Shown here: in pieces, positions 1 through 15,169 of the stretch
How positions within the stretch are numbered: position 1 is the first letter of the stretch
Layout: each line of letters starts with the position of its first letter
NCBI GenBank assembly: GCA_003344405.1
Contig: NOWV01000021.1
Location: 1-64,000 of the forward strand
Origin: Trichoplax sp. H2
Lineage: Eukaryota
Length of the DNA: 64,000 nt
Direction: 5' to 3'
Translations under genes and position numbers: made by a program
Notes under the pieces: generated by a model
The model's input: the letters and a program-made list of their open reading frames with translations, nothing else
The model's database searches: none
What the model was told of the DNA's origin: nothing

Positions 1-63
1 CCCTAACCCTAACCCTAACCCTAACCCTAACCCTAACCCTAACCCTAACCCTAACCCTAACCC
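1..63. repeat. Telomeric repeat (CCCTAA)n = (TTAGGG)n on the other strand
   Basis: Ten perfect CCCTAA units plus CCC at the very start of the window, then an abrupt switch to unique AT-rich sequence. Confidence 0.97.
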
Positions 64-1671
64 CTTTTATATGATCAAGAAGTGTCAGTTTAGTAACATC
101 GATTAGTTATATTTATCATAATCCCTTAATGCGATATTTCGGCTTCTTAAATACGAATACATTTAGCTTATTTTCCTGCAATACTAATGACATTATTTAT
201 TACTTCATTAAGACATACACTATATGTTCGATGATACATACTATCACTGTATCCCTTAACGCATAACTACCGTAATTAGCTGATTTCATTGCACAGTATT
301 TCATAGCTATAACCTATATCATATATGACTACTATACAGTTATAAGCTAAAAATATGAACTTATTTCATACGGTATTACAAACGGTCCATTGCTCTCAGA
401 ATGCTTCATAATTGATTTGCTATGGATATGATCTTAGGTTTGCTTAAACTGTACCGATAACAAAAAGAGAGATCTTCTTTTCAGTAATTGAGCTTCATAT
501 GCGCACTAATATTGCTGCTGTTCATACATATTCTCAACCTAAACAAGGTTTATCGGGTATGAAGAATACTTAGGGGTTCAAATCTGTTTCATTTTAATTT
601 TGGAATAACAACTATTGTTTTACTAGTCTGATTTTATTCTATTGAGCAATACAACATATAAGAAAAGAGTTGATATTGGTTGCGTGAGTCAGAATAGTTT
701 GGAAATTTCAAGCATTTTATTTCATTTAATTGATAGTGAATTAAATCGAGCGATTTCAGTGATTTCAATCGTCTTGCATCTATAATGCATAACAACATAT
801 AACGTATCATCACATAATTTTCTTCATATTAAAAGGTTAAAAGTCAAACTTAGCGATGCAGTGAAATAGATATTGAGTACATTGCATTTAGTTATATTTC
901 GAATCTAATAATATTTTAACTGAGACTGAGGAATTAATGCTAAATGTAATTTTCTTCATCAACGTAATACCGAGCTCCTCTAAAACCCGCATATTGCATT
1001 GATAATTAATTGATCGATGGAATCTTAATTGAGAAAGGCTAGCCGTGATGTCCTGTAGATAGTAGCCTTATCAATTCTTAAGATTGTACATAACTATTGC
1101 AATTTACTAACAAAGCCATGGAATAATTATTACTATTAATTCAGTATGCGCGCTACTACAGTATGCTGCTAGATATAATGCTGATTTATGTACTTGCATC
1201 AGGATCTTCGGTGATGAATATTTATAAATATTATGGGCTTCTACGATACAGTATCTAGAGACGATATATAAGTATCATTTTGCTATCTTCATTATATCTT
1301 GGCAATGCAACTTCTACGGTACTCAATGCTAAGATTTTACTAGCTATGATATATAATCACTGGTAAGATTGTTGCTCTCAGCTTGACTGATTATCTTGAA
1401 ATAAATCAAAATCTGAAACTTATCTTAGCAATGAGGTTAAAATGTCTACGGCACATTAATATGATCAAAATTTGACCATTTTGGTTATCACCGCATAAAA
1501 TGATAATACTTGTATTACTTTTAATTTAATAGAAGTGAGTTATTTTCCTGAATATGAGCAATTTTTATGAGCAAAAAAGTAAATTCTCTTATTATAGATA
1601 CACCAAACACACTTTCATGAAATAAGTCAGCGATAATACCACAATAGTGTAGATAGAATACAAAAATTGAA

Positions 1672-4600
1672 TCATGACATATTAAGATTAGTTGAAACTG
1701 ATGCGTAATAACCTCCGCCTGATTGTTGCGGTACACCATCATGGGCTTGGTGTGTTGTTATGTGTTGAAAATTAGCGTCTCCAGATACGGCATTTGAAGA
1801 GGCATTACTACTAGCAGTATACTGCTGGACAGTAGGTAATGGATAGGAACCATATCTATGGTTAAATCGAGTCATTAAATCTGGTGTGCCAATAAGAGGT
1901 AACTGCTGAAACGATTTGGTGGTAGAACCATATTGCGATGGACCAGCTCGTGGATTGCCTTGCATCAAGCTTTCACCTGTAAAGACAGATTGCTGCAATG
2001 GTACTTGCATGCCGTGATTATAATCCGGTCGACTAATTTGAGCTGATGAATAGGAATACTGATTTACACCAACGCTTACAGGCGCAGTACTACCACTAAT
2101 TGTGCTAATATTGGTTGCTTGTCTTTCACGTTTTCGCCATTTTGCGCGACGATTTTGAAACCATACCTGAACATATCAGAAAATGTCATGTTAATACATT
2201 TTCTTGGCTAATAAGCTATTAACGCATTGGTTATGAAGTAGGTATAATTTAAAGCATGCATTAAAATAATCTATAGTAAAAACTGTAAAGTCAATGCTGA
2301 TTTTCTTCTCGATAAACAGTGCGTTAATATGAGCAGTTATATGTGCATTGTATAGAGATGTCGTTTATAATACTGAATTGAGCTTCTCATAGTAAACACC
2401 TCAAAAATATAATTAATAGAATACACGGTATTGTATTTCTAAAAATTAAAGACCCAAAAGCGATTTATGAATTATTTTTTCGAAAGAATTAAATAATAAA
2501 TATTCATGATATGATTTGACGACTTTTTTCTCGGTAAAATCTATAAAGAGTTCAAGCCAAAGGTTGATAAATTTGATTTAGCTGAACATCAATATTCCAC
2601 CAATATAGCAGTGAAATCGATTGATATTACTCTATTTAGCTAAATCAAATTACTTTTTTTGCACCAAGATTGCTGAAATACAGATTTATATAGTACAGAT
2701 TAAAATTTTATTTGTTTTAATAGCCTTATCGCATTTAAAGTTGCGTCCACTTTTACCGCTACTTTGATGCAGTATTATCCAATGATATTAAATAAAGCGT
2801 AGGAGGATTGTTTAATGAAATTCGACAGCTAAAGAAACTTATCCATGAAATTTAATTATTTTATGATATGTACTTTTCTTGATTAAGGATTAGAGCGCCA
2901 TTAAACTGAGTATAACTAATAGAAAAACCGACAGAGACTTGTCATAATCTCATTTACCATGTGGCATTCAAAGCATTCTACGAACGTCGATCTCATTTTT
3001 ATTAAATCTAATTAGACGGTCAGTATAATAATTTAATATGAGGTTGAAAGCTGGTTCTATCTAGAAGTATGTTACTCTTTGTCATCGTTTGGTTTTTAGA
3101 ATTACTTCATTTGCGACAGTTATTGAAAAATTCTTATTCGGACAGATTATATACTATATGTAAATAATAAGAACATGAAGATTACATAAATGGGCTATTA
3201 TGAGGAAAATTCATTGACGGCTATTTTTGCTGCTAAATTATAATCACGCCATAAAACTGCAATTAATTAATTATAATTAAGTTATTATGATCTGATATTG
3301 TTTATGTCATCGTGATGATAAGATAATATCGATTTAAAACTTCTTGTGATATTAAACATTGTCAAATTTAACTGGACTTTTATTAATTTTTTAATTGGTT
3401 CCTTAATTCGGTTCTCATCATAAAACGATGCTCCGCTGAATTCAGTGGACAAAATTAGAAATTTTGCACAAACGGTCGAATAGATTTCTATTATTAGGTG
3501 TTAAATTAGTGATCTTGCCTGCACACGAGCTTCATTTAAGTCAGTCTTTCTGGCTAAATCCTCGCGAAAATAAATATCCGGATAATGAGTTTTAGCAAAG
3601 GCTTCTTCTAATTGTTTCAGTTGATCTTGCGTGAAATTAGTACGATGTCGACGTCTAGTTCCAATAGCTTCCTTACCGGTGGAACTCTGTGAGGGGTTTC
3701 TGTTTCTTAAATAATCTGTTTGATTCATTCGTTCTTCTACGGAAAAAAGAAGACAGTCAACGCTATTGGAGCAATAACAAACGAAAATCAGTTGTGGAAA
3801 CTCTACAATTATTTAATATTTGCTACATTACATTATTAGTAAATAGAATTAGCATTATCGTTATGAAGGAGGGTAATTTTATAACACAACTGGCTGTCAT
3901 AAGTTGATTAATTTAGTTATATAGCAAAATACTATAATAACCGATATTTAGGGTCGATAGAAACAAGAGTATAAAAATGATGGCTGCTGTGAAATGTGAT
4001 TGATGATAATCTGTTGAAGAAAATATATCTCCAGCGGATATTAAACGATATCTTGTATTATAAAACAATGCGAAATAATCGTTAATGCTATTCCTTTTAA
4101 TTCTAAAACTTTGACTTATACTCGGATTTTTGCAGAAATTGTAACAAAAGATTCATTCAATATCGTTTAATTTGATGCTACGTAACAGAAATTAAATTAA
4201 AATTTATAACGTGTAAAATGACTTTGTCAATTAATGTTGATAGACAAGAAGGTAGGGTAAAGCTTGATTCACTTAGAGTTTAATAAATCAGTGTGTGCTT
4301 CATGGACTAATTTAACTTTTCTCTAACTCATGCAATATGATTATTACATTAGCTATAAAATTATTTTTACAATCATTCTATTTTGAGTAATACTCTTACC
4401 TGGGGTATAACTAAGGATTGAGTTAAATTTAATGTTGATAAATTATAATTATAGCATAAAGCAAATGCTTCATCAACTCCAATAAGAGCCACAAGGGTTA
4501 TAATTAAAACTATACTCATTTAAAAGTATTTATCAAAGATCTTTAATATACAAATCATCTACTAAAATGCGTTAATAGTACGTAAATGGGGCCCTTTTGG

Positions 4601-6312
4601 ATACATCGGAGGTACAACGATTAACTTAATATTAATGATGGGCCCATGTTTATTTTATATTGGGCTAGATTAATGATTAGTTATAAAATATTAGAAACTT
4701 TTGTGATGGTTACCATTTCGTTGTGGTTATTATCCGAAAGTTATTCTTAACCAATAGAAAATTGAATCCATGACTAATATCAAAAGTCATACATTAGAGA
4801 AGTGTTTTTTCAACTGCATGTTTCTATATTGTAGAACTATTTATTGTGAATTATTTTTTATAATCAAAGTAACAATCTTCAATCAAGATTGCAGATTAAT
4901 AGAAGAGAATAAACGTACGTATTCTACGGTAATGGCGAGAAATGACGTAAATTTTCTCTGGATTAAGATTACCTTATCCTGTATATTGCACATCTGCTCA
5001 TGCCTATCACATTAGTTTATAAGGTAAAAAACGATAACGTAACTACAAACAAAAGTTATGACCGGTCGAGTGGATAGGAATTAATTATTAATCTAATACA
5101 TTTCTAATTACTCATGCTATCGCTTCGTTAGCTTTAATGAGATGAAGAAGTAGAACAGTTATACGCATTTAATTAATTGTATGTTAAATATACTCGTAAA
5201 TGGAGGGAATTTTATTACACTTCAATGGAATTTGGATAAATTGTTATCTCTTAAAATTATGGAAAGCGATACTTTAGTCTTCAAGGCTGAGATAATAAAG
5301 AGATACTAATCTAGTATATTTATGATGCTGATGAAATTAAGATAGTGTTACATAAGATAACTTTTTGAATATCTAATACTTAATAACATCCAATTGAATT
5401 GATTATAAATCGAGATCATATCAAAGATAGCCATTAACGATTTTAACTATTTTAATGTCAAATTGAATATGGTGCTAGAAAGTAAAGATTATATCTAGCT
5501 ACTTGGATAATAATTTACGCTGATCGATTATGAACTAAAATGAACGATAGAAGTTTAAAGATTTGGTTATTATAGTTACGATTATTTTTTATGTCAATAA
5601 CGTTCTTGACTGGCGATATTATTAGATTTTCGGAAAATGATTTACTAAATTAGGTTAAATTAGAGATATGACGCTACAATCATGTTAGAAGAATTGCATA
5701 GAGGTTGTTGATTATTTTATATTGATGCAAAGGGAGAGAAAAGAAAGAACATGCTTGTTAAATTAAATTTTCATGATATTGATTTAAAGCTAGCCGTAGA
5801 TAATATGATCTGTTGCATTAACTGATATAATTTGCATAGCAATAATTATCGTAACCTAATTTTTTCTTATAACCCCAAAATTGAAGACGTTTAGCTACGT
5901 TCGACATGTTATTTAATTACACAACTCTATTACAAATAAAAGCAAATTTTGAAATAAGATTGTCAATTCAGTTGAAATCTGGTTATACTTGTCAAGTTAA
6001 GATTACATGGCGCCAATTATAAAGTCAAATAATGATATTATAGAGTAATGATCAAATACTATCGGCCATTAGCCTTGTTCGACTTTTACTTTTGATTTAT
6101 TACTTATATTGTTATCTAAATATTAAAATTTCATTTTAATAGGTTATACAATTCATCTTATAATCTACTAACTCACCGGTGGTAGATTTATTAGTTGTAA
6201 TATCTTGCTTTTGATTTTTGTGCGGGATTGCTTGTCCTTTGCCTGTCGTTGTTACTGTAGTATTATCGTAATAGAAATGGAGTTGTGAATTAACTTGAGA
6301 ATTTTCTGCCAT
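1672..6312 (-). CDS. PRD-class (paired-like, Q50) homeobox transcription factor, Arx/Alx/Otp-like; 3 exons, 282 aa
   Basis: Exons 6312-6177 ([10 protein letters not shown]...; donor GTGAGT, phase 1), 3736-3519 (acceptor ttttttccgtag) and 2166-1672. Spliced homeodomain [60 protein letters not shown], with the typical PRD intron between Q46 and V47. Phases are consistent. Exon 1 is the least certain; family not resolved. Confidence 0.9.
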
Positions 6313-6339
6313 CGTCCACTATCTTAAATTTAATATCCT

Positions 6340-6500
6340 GACCTACTTTGATTAGATTGTCTTGGAAGAGGAGGAGGAAGAGGAGGGGAAGAGGGATGAT
6401 AGTCAGGCGCCACAGATATGTCAGCTAAAGGCACAGCAAGGAATAAACTTGTGCTAACGTCCATCATATTGTAGTGTCCAATCAGAGCTAGACATGTTAA
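6340..6500 (-). promoter_or_regulatory. Putative promoter/5' UTR of the homeobox gene
   Basis: Locally GC-richer island with a purine/pyrimidine tract (6365-6395) and a CCAAT box (~6478) just upstream of the inferred ATG at 6312. Confidence 0.3.
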
Positions 6501-9500
6501 TTAAAGAAATTTAATCCAAATGAAGTACATTGGACTAGGCGTGACTCTAACTTAGCCATAATTAAAAAATTGAACTTTTTGATAGGCAACCTATTCAAAG
6601 CACCATCTGTTTGAAGCTATTCTAACGTTAAAAGATTGAGAGGTAACTGAATATGAAAACAGATTATTTTTTGGTAAGTTGTTATGTTTTTATATTTGGT
6701 CAGATACAGCAAAGATTAGTAGCAATGACTTCATTACCGAATTTATTTATTTTTTGCATTACATGTTTAGTCATTGCGTATAGGCTATTCTTGAAAAATA
6801 TATTTGCAATGTGTATTTGAATTGATAGAAGTTATAATCTGTAAGACTAAGGACCTCGATGACGAATAGAATTAACATCCGTTCAGTAAATCGGATCGAT
6901 ATTGAATTATCTACTAACAGACAATAAACATATGGCTAGATAGAGTTAAAAAAATTCATAAATAAATATATTTGCTAATCATTTAGAGTACAACAACTTT
7001 TTCATAGTGATTATTGACTTATTTTTGGATCACTGATGTGAACATTATGTTTCAACATTGGTCAAATGTAACTATTTGTATTGAATTGTTCAAAACATTA
7101 ATACAATAGTGTTGTAGTCTTTACACCATTAGCAAGCTGAATAGGCAGCTAAATTGAATTTTCATGATTAATTAATAAGACAATGCAAATTGTAGCAAAA
7201 TAACGAGTTACAAAATAGAATTATGCCATCTTAGCTATGAATATTATCATTATTCAATTATTGACTAGTATTGTCAAAATAATAATAAAACTGAAAATAC
7301 ATTAAGATCTATTATTACTTATCATTGATTCAATATGGGTTTCCAACAACACCAATTTTGGCTATGATCATAGTTCAAATCCATTGATGATTATGAATGT
7401 TATAGCTATGCTGCCAACAATGTGCTTAGAAAGATCAATACGTTTAATAAAATTGATCTTTCTCAATAGATGACAAGAGGATAGTCAAGTTTGATCTGTT
7501 TAATCATATTATTACTTTTTCTTACTACAGCGTCTGTGTGACAATAATATTTTTTACTCAATATTTTGATCATTAAAATGGGTATAATAACATCAGCTAA
7601 TAGATTTTAACTTTGGGTTAATCTCATAGTCAAAAATGTGAGAACTTAATGAGATTTAATGCCTATATTATGCCCTATTAACTTGCGTCAATTTCTTACT
7701 TTTCTCATGATATTGATTTATAAACCAAGCCAGATTGGAGCTATAAGTGCGTGTAATTTTTTTACCAAAAAAATGCTAGCTTTAAGCAACGACTTTATCG
7801 TCCGTCCCTCCACAGATACAAAAAGTGTACAACAATTGAAAAGTACTATTCTATGAGCCTATCCTATCAATTATTCAAGATAAAACGAGAATAGGCAAAA
7901 TGCCTTAAAATCAGTCTAGTCTATTTTCAAATTGATTAGAGTATTAATTTCCAATGATAATTCGTTTAGGTAATAAAATTGTACTTCGTGAGTTATGCTA
8001 ATCTCAAATATTTAGTCCTCGCAAATGCTCTAATTAGATATTTCAAAAGGGTCCATTTCATTTTCATGTCAGGCCAATTTACCATGTTTTTAACCAAAGT
8101 CAATAGTCCTTCAATTTCAAAGGTTAGTAATTATATGTCTGTATTAGCTATCGTCAATACCTCATTATATTGAGGTAGATAGAATAGTTATTATCCTTTC
8201 ATTGTAATCGACAGGCATAAAATGGTGATTATAGCTACAAATATTGACATTTTACATCCGTAAATCAATATGTAAAAGACTAATAATAACTGTTTAATAT
8301 AGTATACGAGTATATTTATGATTTAAAAGCAATTACAAGTAAAGAAATCTGAGCTGTGATGAGATCATGTTTTGCCAAGTTAAGATCGATATCTATGCTA
8401 ATTTGATAATACTTTAGCTCTTTTTCAGGATAATTATTCTCTCCCTATAGATGTGGAGCGTTGGTCGGTATTGATTTGCATTAATTGGTCAATATCATAA
8501 TATAATATGTATTTTTTAATTTAATTTTTAGGTAAAAACCCAATTAATATTATTCTTTTTAATATCATTAGCATATTATCAATCATTTGTTTTATACAAT
8601 TTAGGATGATTTAAGTCCTATTATAGACTACTATATTGTAACAGCTGCAGACTTAGTCTACAGTTTAACTGCTCGATACTAGGCTGTAGAAAAAGGAATA
8701 ATAACACATTTCTAATCAGAGTAAATTGCAAAGTAATAATCTATTATTTTCTTCGTCAGGATCGTTGGAATTGTTTAATATGACTGGTACAAAGATATTG
8801 GAGAAGATTGATAATGATATTAGAGAATATAAGGGTGTAAAGATAGGACATAGATTGCGCAACTAAAATGATACGGTAAACTTTATCGAAATTTTTCAAA
8901 TAGACACATGATCTGTTTTCACTATTATGCCATAACAGTCTACTCAATTTAATTAAGGTTTAAGGTCGTTTATCACAAATATTAGTAGTTAAATGTTTTC
9001 ATCATTCATAAACCTGCTTCAATTAATATTTTAGAAGTTTTTCATATCTAAATTAACGCTATCTGTTCGACTATATTGAAAAATAGACAGGCTTCATAAT
9101 ATTTACAAGATAATAATTTTATTTATTTGACTCTTGCATAGCTTGATTTTTATGAGCCTTACACGATTATTATGCTATAGAATAAATTATATAAATTGAT
9201 TCGTTTCTTTTGCATATTTAAACGAAAAAATGGGAGTTATAAGTAGTAGTGATGCTGTTTGATGAGGAGGATATCTGCGCTATGATATGAAGTGTTATTA
9301 ACCTTAAGTGGTTTAAATGATAAGTTTCTAAGATCAATAGGCAATCATCTGTTTTATTAATACATAAGCGATGGTGTATAGGTGTAAATTGAAAAAATTT
9401 CCTCTATTTTATTATTATGATGATATTTATTTAATTTATTCTAATCGATATTACAAAGCAATTAAATTTATCTTGCAACTATACGCTTATTTAATATGAT

Positions 9501-11042
9501 ATTACTGGTAGTAACTCAATAATCTTCATTGTTGTCACTTTATTATAAATCATAACGATGCTGATATAACAGAAGGATACAGTTTACTATTACAATGTTT
9601 ATACAGTATTTAGAATGTGTCACAAAGGAAATTATTTAGGTTAATGTGTCGAATTATTTTAATATCTCTCGAGCCAAAATTCTCGATACAAGATAATGAC
9701 GGTGGAGCTATGTTATAGGATTTCTTCGCTTGTTTTACTCGATGTTTTAAAACGGCTTTTACAAGTTATTTGATGGGTAGAATCGGTTGTTTCATTAATG
9801 GCGTTATGAAGATCATGAAACATGATCAGTACTTGGAATAGGGTGGATAATAGAAATACTCACAGAAAATTTGATACGGTTCGTTCATTAATACTCGGTG
9901 AAAATATTCAAATGCAGTGTTGTAGTTTGAAAAAGTTTGATGGCTTTCCCAGTTATCTCGAATAAATTGTGCGAAATAAGATATCTTTACATGATAGTAT
10001 TGATATAAATTATGAATTTTAAGGTTGTCATTTAAAGAAAGATATACACTAGATTTTTAATGTATACTTGCTAGTTAGTGCTAGATAATATTAAGATCGT
10101 TTAAGTTATAAACGGCACGCATGTATTCGAGATATTAACATACGTGTAATAAAAACAATAATAGAGATGATTTGGATAATCAATTGCTTATACGTATAAA
10201 GCAAAGCACATTACTTGATAATCAAAAACTGAAGCATTATGTTACTCCATTTACTTTCGCAATCGAAATTTGAGCGAGTACAGATCATAGATAGTATCTG
10301 TAGTGATTTATACTAGATTATATCCGGTGCATCTCGTTGAACGCTATCCATATATACTCGCGCAGTAATCAACACAGCCTTCCATTAAAGTTGTGATCTG
10401 GTATGTGTACAGTGTACAACTGTACATATTATTATGGTATGATCTTTGAGCTTAAAATTATACAACACGGACGCAATATAAAGGACTACCGCGTTACCGT
10501 TATGGTCAACAAACCGCAACATTTATAAGGCGGAGTATGAAGCGATTCAATGTTTCAAAGGTTAATATGTATAAACTCTAAAATACAATAAGTACGCGTA
10601 TAATAATCGAAAGAGATACTTCATAAGGCGATCGTTTATTTTCTTACTAGGTACACTTGATAATTTCGAACATTGATCAACTTGCCTCAAACCTGCTTTA
10701 CTAAAACAAAAGCATAACCGTCACTGGTATTACCATCTATTCGTTATCCGCATTATCATATATATTTGGTAACGTATACATAGGTACGTAAACAGTTTAG
10801 GGGTAAAGGCATTATATAATGATCTTGTCAAACTGTACAGTAACATAAGATAATAATAATTATACAGTACAAATTATCTATTAGAAAGTTTATCTGTAGC
10901 ATTTTATAAAGCTGCCTTCGTAATATTAATTTCAAGATCACGAGCTATTACTATTACCATGTCATATATAAGAGCACTTTAAAACAATTCAACCTTGGTT
11001 GCATAGCAAATCGAAAAATCGAAAGGAACACAATAATTAATT

Positions 11043-14000
11043 TTAATTGTAATAAACTTTATAATATAACGTTTTAGATCTGAATAGGGAGTAAGAATTA
11101 TCGAATTTCAATAAGTAAACGCCCGGAGAGGGATACGCATGTGTACCAACAATAACGTTTTGATGAGAGTCTCTTCTATCCACTGGAATAATTGTGATGA
11201 CTGGCGTCCTCTTAGTTCCACTTACACCGGCCAGTTCTATATCATCTTCGTCCCCGCTACCTCTATAACCTTCTTCGTCTTCGCTGTCGTATTCATCATC
11301 ATCTCCATACTCCTGTTAATTTAATGAGTGGCATTATAACAAGTCAACGTTATTCTAATTTAAAGTTATACTGAATATAGATATAACTTACCATATTAGC
11401 GCCAGTGTCCGTTTCAAATACGGGCATATAGCCTGGATCCGAAAACTCAAAACTTACTCCAAATCCAATGTCGTAATAGTCTGTAGCGAATTCCCAATAT
11501 AATTTTGCTCCTTCCGGGTTGGTAGGAACGCGAATTGTGATGGTTTCTCCTCTTGATACAACCAGCTTGGATTCTGAAATTTCATTATTTAAATAATGAG
11601 TAAGTCATCCAAAACAATGTTATGATTGCGATAACTAATACAGCATGTGAGATTTATAGCAAGATGCAAAGTGATCAGGTGATTCTTAAACAGGACAATA
11701 GTAGTAATAGTCCAATATACCAGCATCATCCTTGAGTTGATTAATAAATTCATGAACAGCGGGTCTAGTCCATAGTGAAGGCTGCGGTATATCCTTTAAC
11801 ATTATATGCTTTGGTTCGACAGCATTGTCAACATCATCACCTTTGTTAAGTTCAGTTACAGTCTTTTCGGAAATTGGAACTGTGACATTCTGTCGCAATA
11901 ATTAGCAGAAATACTGTTAAATATTCGCATTACCTAAGATATTAGTATCTTTAAAAAGTATCTCCCAATTCTGATAACCGATTACTAAAAATTAAATTAA
12001 CATCAATTATTGAATTACATCTATCAATCATTCTGTGCTGATATAAAAGTAATGGCACACGGAAATGCGACACAAACTGCAAAGTCATACAATAATAACA
12101 TTTTATCGCTAACTTGTTGTTGACTTGGTGTAGGGTTCGTAATTTTGTTTTCTACGCCTTGCATTTGTTGAGGAAGCGATGCTGCAGCTGTTTGTATTTC
12201 AGGAGTTGTATTTGATTGCTCGGACTTTATAGAAGGATCAGTACGTACATTGACATGGCTAAGCTCTGGGGATGGCCTAGAAGGATAAACATGTGCTTCA
12301 ATGATTATAGTAGGCAAAATTCTAAAGTATTTCTTTATTACTAAAGGCTGCTATATTGTATTGTCCTTTCTTTTTTTCAAGTATTAGAAATCCATTATAA
12401 CAAGTAATCTACTCTAAAGAGCTCAGCAATTCAGAATTGTTAACTGAAAGAATTTCATATTTAAATGTATAGTAGACTGAAACAGTTATTGATGCATTGA
12501 TCATTGATAATATTATAATTTAAATAAGTGAGACTTACGTTTGTGTAGTAGTTTGTGCGTTTCCATTTAAATTTTGAACACTTTCACCGATTGGATCTTG
12601 ATGAACATTTCCTTCGTTACCTCTTGTAGTTTGGGCCTGAGCCTTTTCTAACTCGATCTGCTTCATTTTTTGACGCAATGCTTCCTCTTCTAAACGTCGT
12701 CTTTCTTCTTCTTGCTCCACTTGCAGGCGTATTCTTATTGATTCGGCACGCTTCATTTGCTGCTGACGGGCGTTCTCAACAATTCCTGTCATCCACTTTT
12801 CAAATTTTGGGGCGACACCAGATAACAAATCAGAAAATCCTATCATCGCTTCTTCCTGACTTGTACTACCCAATGCTATCCATGCTTGCCTAACAGAAAA
12901 GTCGGTATTCAACCGATTAATAACCAAATAATGAAGGATCGAAATGTAAGTATAGTTTAGTTAAGACAAATCGATCGAATAGTAGGTGAATTGAACCTCC
13001 TATCATTTCCGATGACATCTAAGTAGCCAATTTCAGGTGCTGTTTTATGATCGAAGGGTCCACATTCAACTTGTTTCCAAAATGCTATCAGCCTTAACTT
13101 ATCATTGTACGACATCTTCAATGAGGCTTTTTCTATTTCATATTTCAATAGCAATATTAAATAATGAAGGATAATAAATTTTCAAAATGGTATCATACAC
13201 CTATTGATATTTATAAGATTCATTAATAACAGTACTCTAATTTAATGTAAACTAAAGGTTATTTGACAATTTGCATGAAGGTAGTCAATTAATAGCCAGC
13301 GAAATATGGATATGCATGTAATCAATTTCGCCCAGAGGTTACAAGGTGGTGTACGATATATTTTTGATACAGTTTATTCCTTTCCTGGGTGAAAGGAGAA
13401 GCTTTTGATATCTTTTGTCATTTACTCATCGAGTAGATATCTACTACTGTAAATTGTGGATCTTGATTCAACATCGCGCTGATACCCCTTCCATACAAGT
13501 AGATTAACAAGAGACGGGTTTGCCAAGAATTGTTGACGCTTTCATAAGCGTGTCTAAAACGGCGGAGTGTCGTAGTCAATAAAGTCACCTTGACAATATT
13601 ATCATCAATGCATTTATTTGAAAGATTGGTAAAAACGATACGCTTAGGTTTACGTTTATATTAGGAAAGTTTCGATGAACATGTTTCTCTTTAATTCAAG
13701 TGAAAGACGCCAGAAATGCAAGTATACCAGTCATTGTTAACAAAGCTATAGCAGCAAATGGAGTCGTAGATTGTAGTATGGAAGTAAGATTTGACTTGCA
13801 TCACTACCGTACTCCATGTAAAGCGTCAATGTAGTGAGTGAATATTGAGTAATGGCTATGATAATATTGCTATCAAGTACCGGTAATTGAATGCAGTTAA
13901 TGATATCGTACTGTATGATGCAGGCGAGATCCTTGAGGTTGTGACCATTCATAGAGTATAGTGTACGTTTCTTCTACGCGTATGCTACTAAAGTAGGGTA

Positions 14001-15033
14001 AAGTATAACTGGGTCAAATGATGACTTGTTACATTTGCGCTATGTGTGATAAGATAGGAGGACTACGTCAGGGCCAGTAGTCCTTGAATGCAATAGTTTA
14101 CAGTTATGGATTTTGAGATTGATCAATGTGTAACTAACGCTGGTAGATAAATAGCGGATTGAAATAGCGACGTATTTGGCAAAAGTCTTTAGTATCCGAC
14201 TGTCTATTCAATTACCAACGTCGACGAATGGTTTTTGTGAGAGAACTTGTAGAATAGCCTGTTGTTGAATAATGTATAATCGATTGCGGTAGTACTGTGC
14301 AATGGTATAATTGTTCAGCATACGATACGAGTCCATTGCTCGTATATTGAGCTATATAATCCTGTCAACGTAAGCCTGAAGGAGAGAATGAAAGTAGTTA
14401 TCGGGTTGCATGGATATGATGGTTGGAGCTGTATTACTGGCAGTTTCTCAAGTATCATCGTTGAAGATGTTATGTCAATAGTCATGTAGTAGAGAATGGA
14501 TGGATGACTACTATTGCTAACGAGTGCATTTAGCGATGTGTCATGTAGTCAGGAAGTGCATTTAGCATTTACTGTAATTGATGGCGACCAACAGGGTTGT
14601 CGACCAACTTGTACAGCAGGGACTCTGACTACAATGCTGTTGCATTCTAACTGTACTTGGCTGTCCATTGTACAATGGACACAATCTATTGCCATGGATA
14701 ACCCTTTCTGAACAAGATTCTATCACACTGTACAACAAGTCATGGTATTTTACTTGGACTACAATCATAGGATAAGGAGAATGTTTGTTTGTGTGTGTGT
14801 GTCTGTTGAAGACGCAAGTAGAATGGAAGTAGGACTACTACTCTGTGAATTGAAGTTGGTATACCTTTGTGATAGAATTGAAGTGCAAGTTGGTAAGCGT
14901 CGGTAGTTGGTATTCCCCATTTGCCTTGAGCTTGGATGTCGGTTACATCGATATGAAGGGAAGAATTTGTCAAATCGCCTCCAATGCTGCTGTTGATATC
15001 GATTGATGCATTGAGTGACGTATTGCTATCCAT
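11043..15033 (-). CDS. ACBD3: Golgi resident protein GCP60 / acyl-CoA-binding domain protein 3; 7 exons
   Basis: ACB domain ([38 protein letters not shown]...[18 protein letters not shown]), charged coiled coil ([16 protein letters not shown]), PSLWTRP motif and C-terminal GOLD domain ([35 protein letters not shown]...[27 protein letters not shown]). Exons approx. 15033-14865, 13132-12997, 12889-12539, 12321-12114, 11889-11721, 11573-11392, 11312-11043 (middle boundaries approximate). Confidence 0.95.
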
Positions 15034-15093
15034 GCCACACGTTGGAAAGTCTTTTGAGAACGTCTTGAGAAGATGCACCAAGACAAAACTACT

Positions 15094-15116
15094 TCTCTCT
15101 CTCTCTCTCTCTCTCT
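15094..15116. repeat. (CT)n microsatellite
   Basis: Direct reading: tctctctctctctctctctctct just upstream of the ACBD3 start. Confidence 0.9.
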
Positions 15117-15169
15117 ATTTACAGAGGAGAATGGCAAGACGAGAATGAAGAAAGGATTTCTGTATTTGC

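Noticed and set aside
2200..11000. Many TAAT/ATTA words as autoregulatory homeodomain sites around the homeobox gene
   Set aside because: Expected by chance at this AT content; cannot be supported without conservation data.
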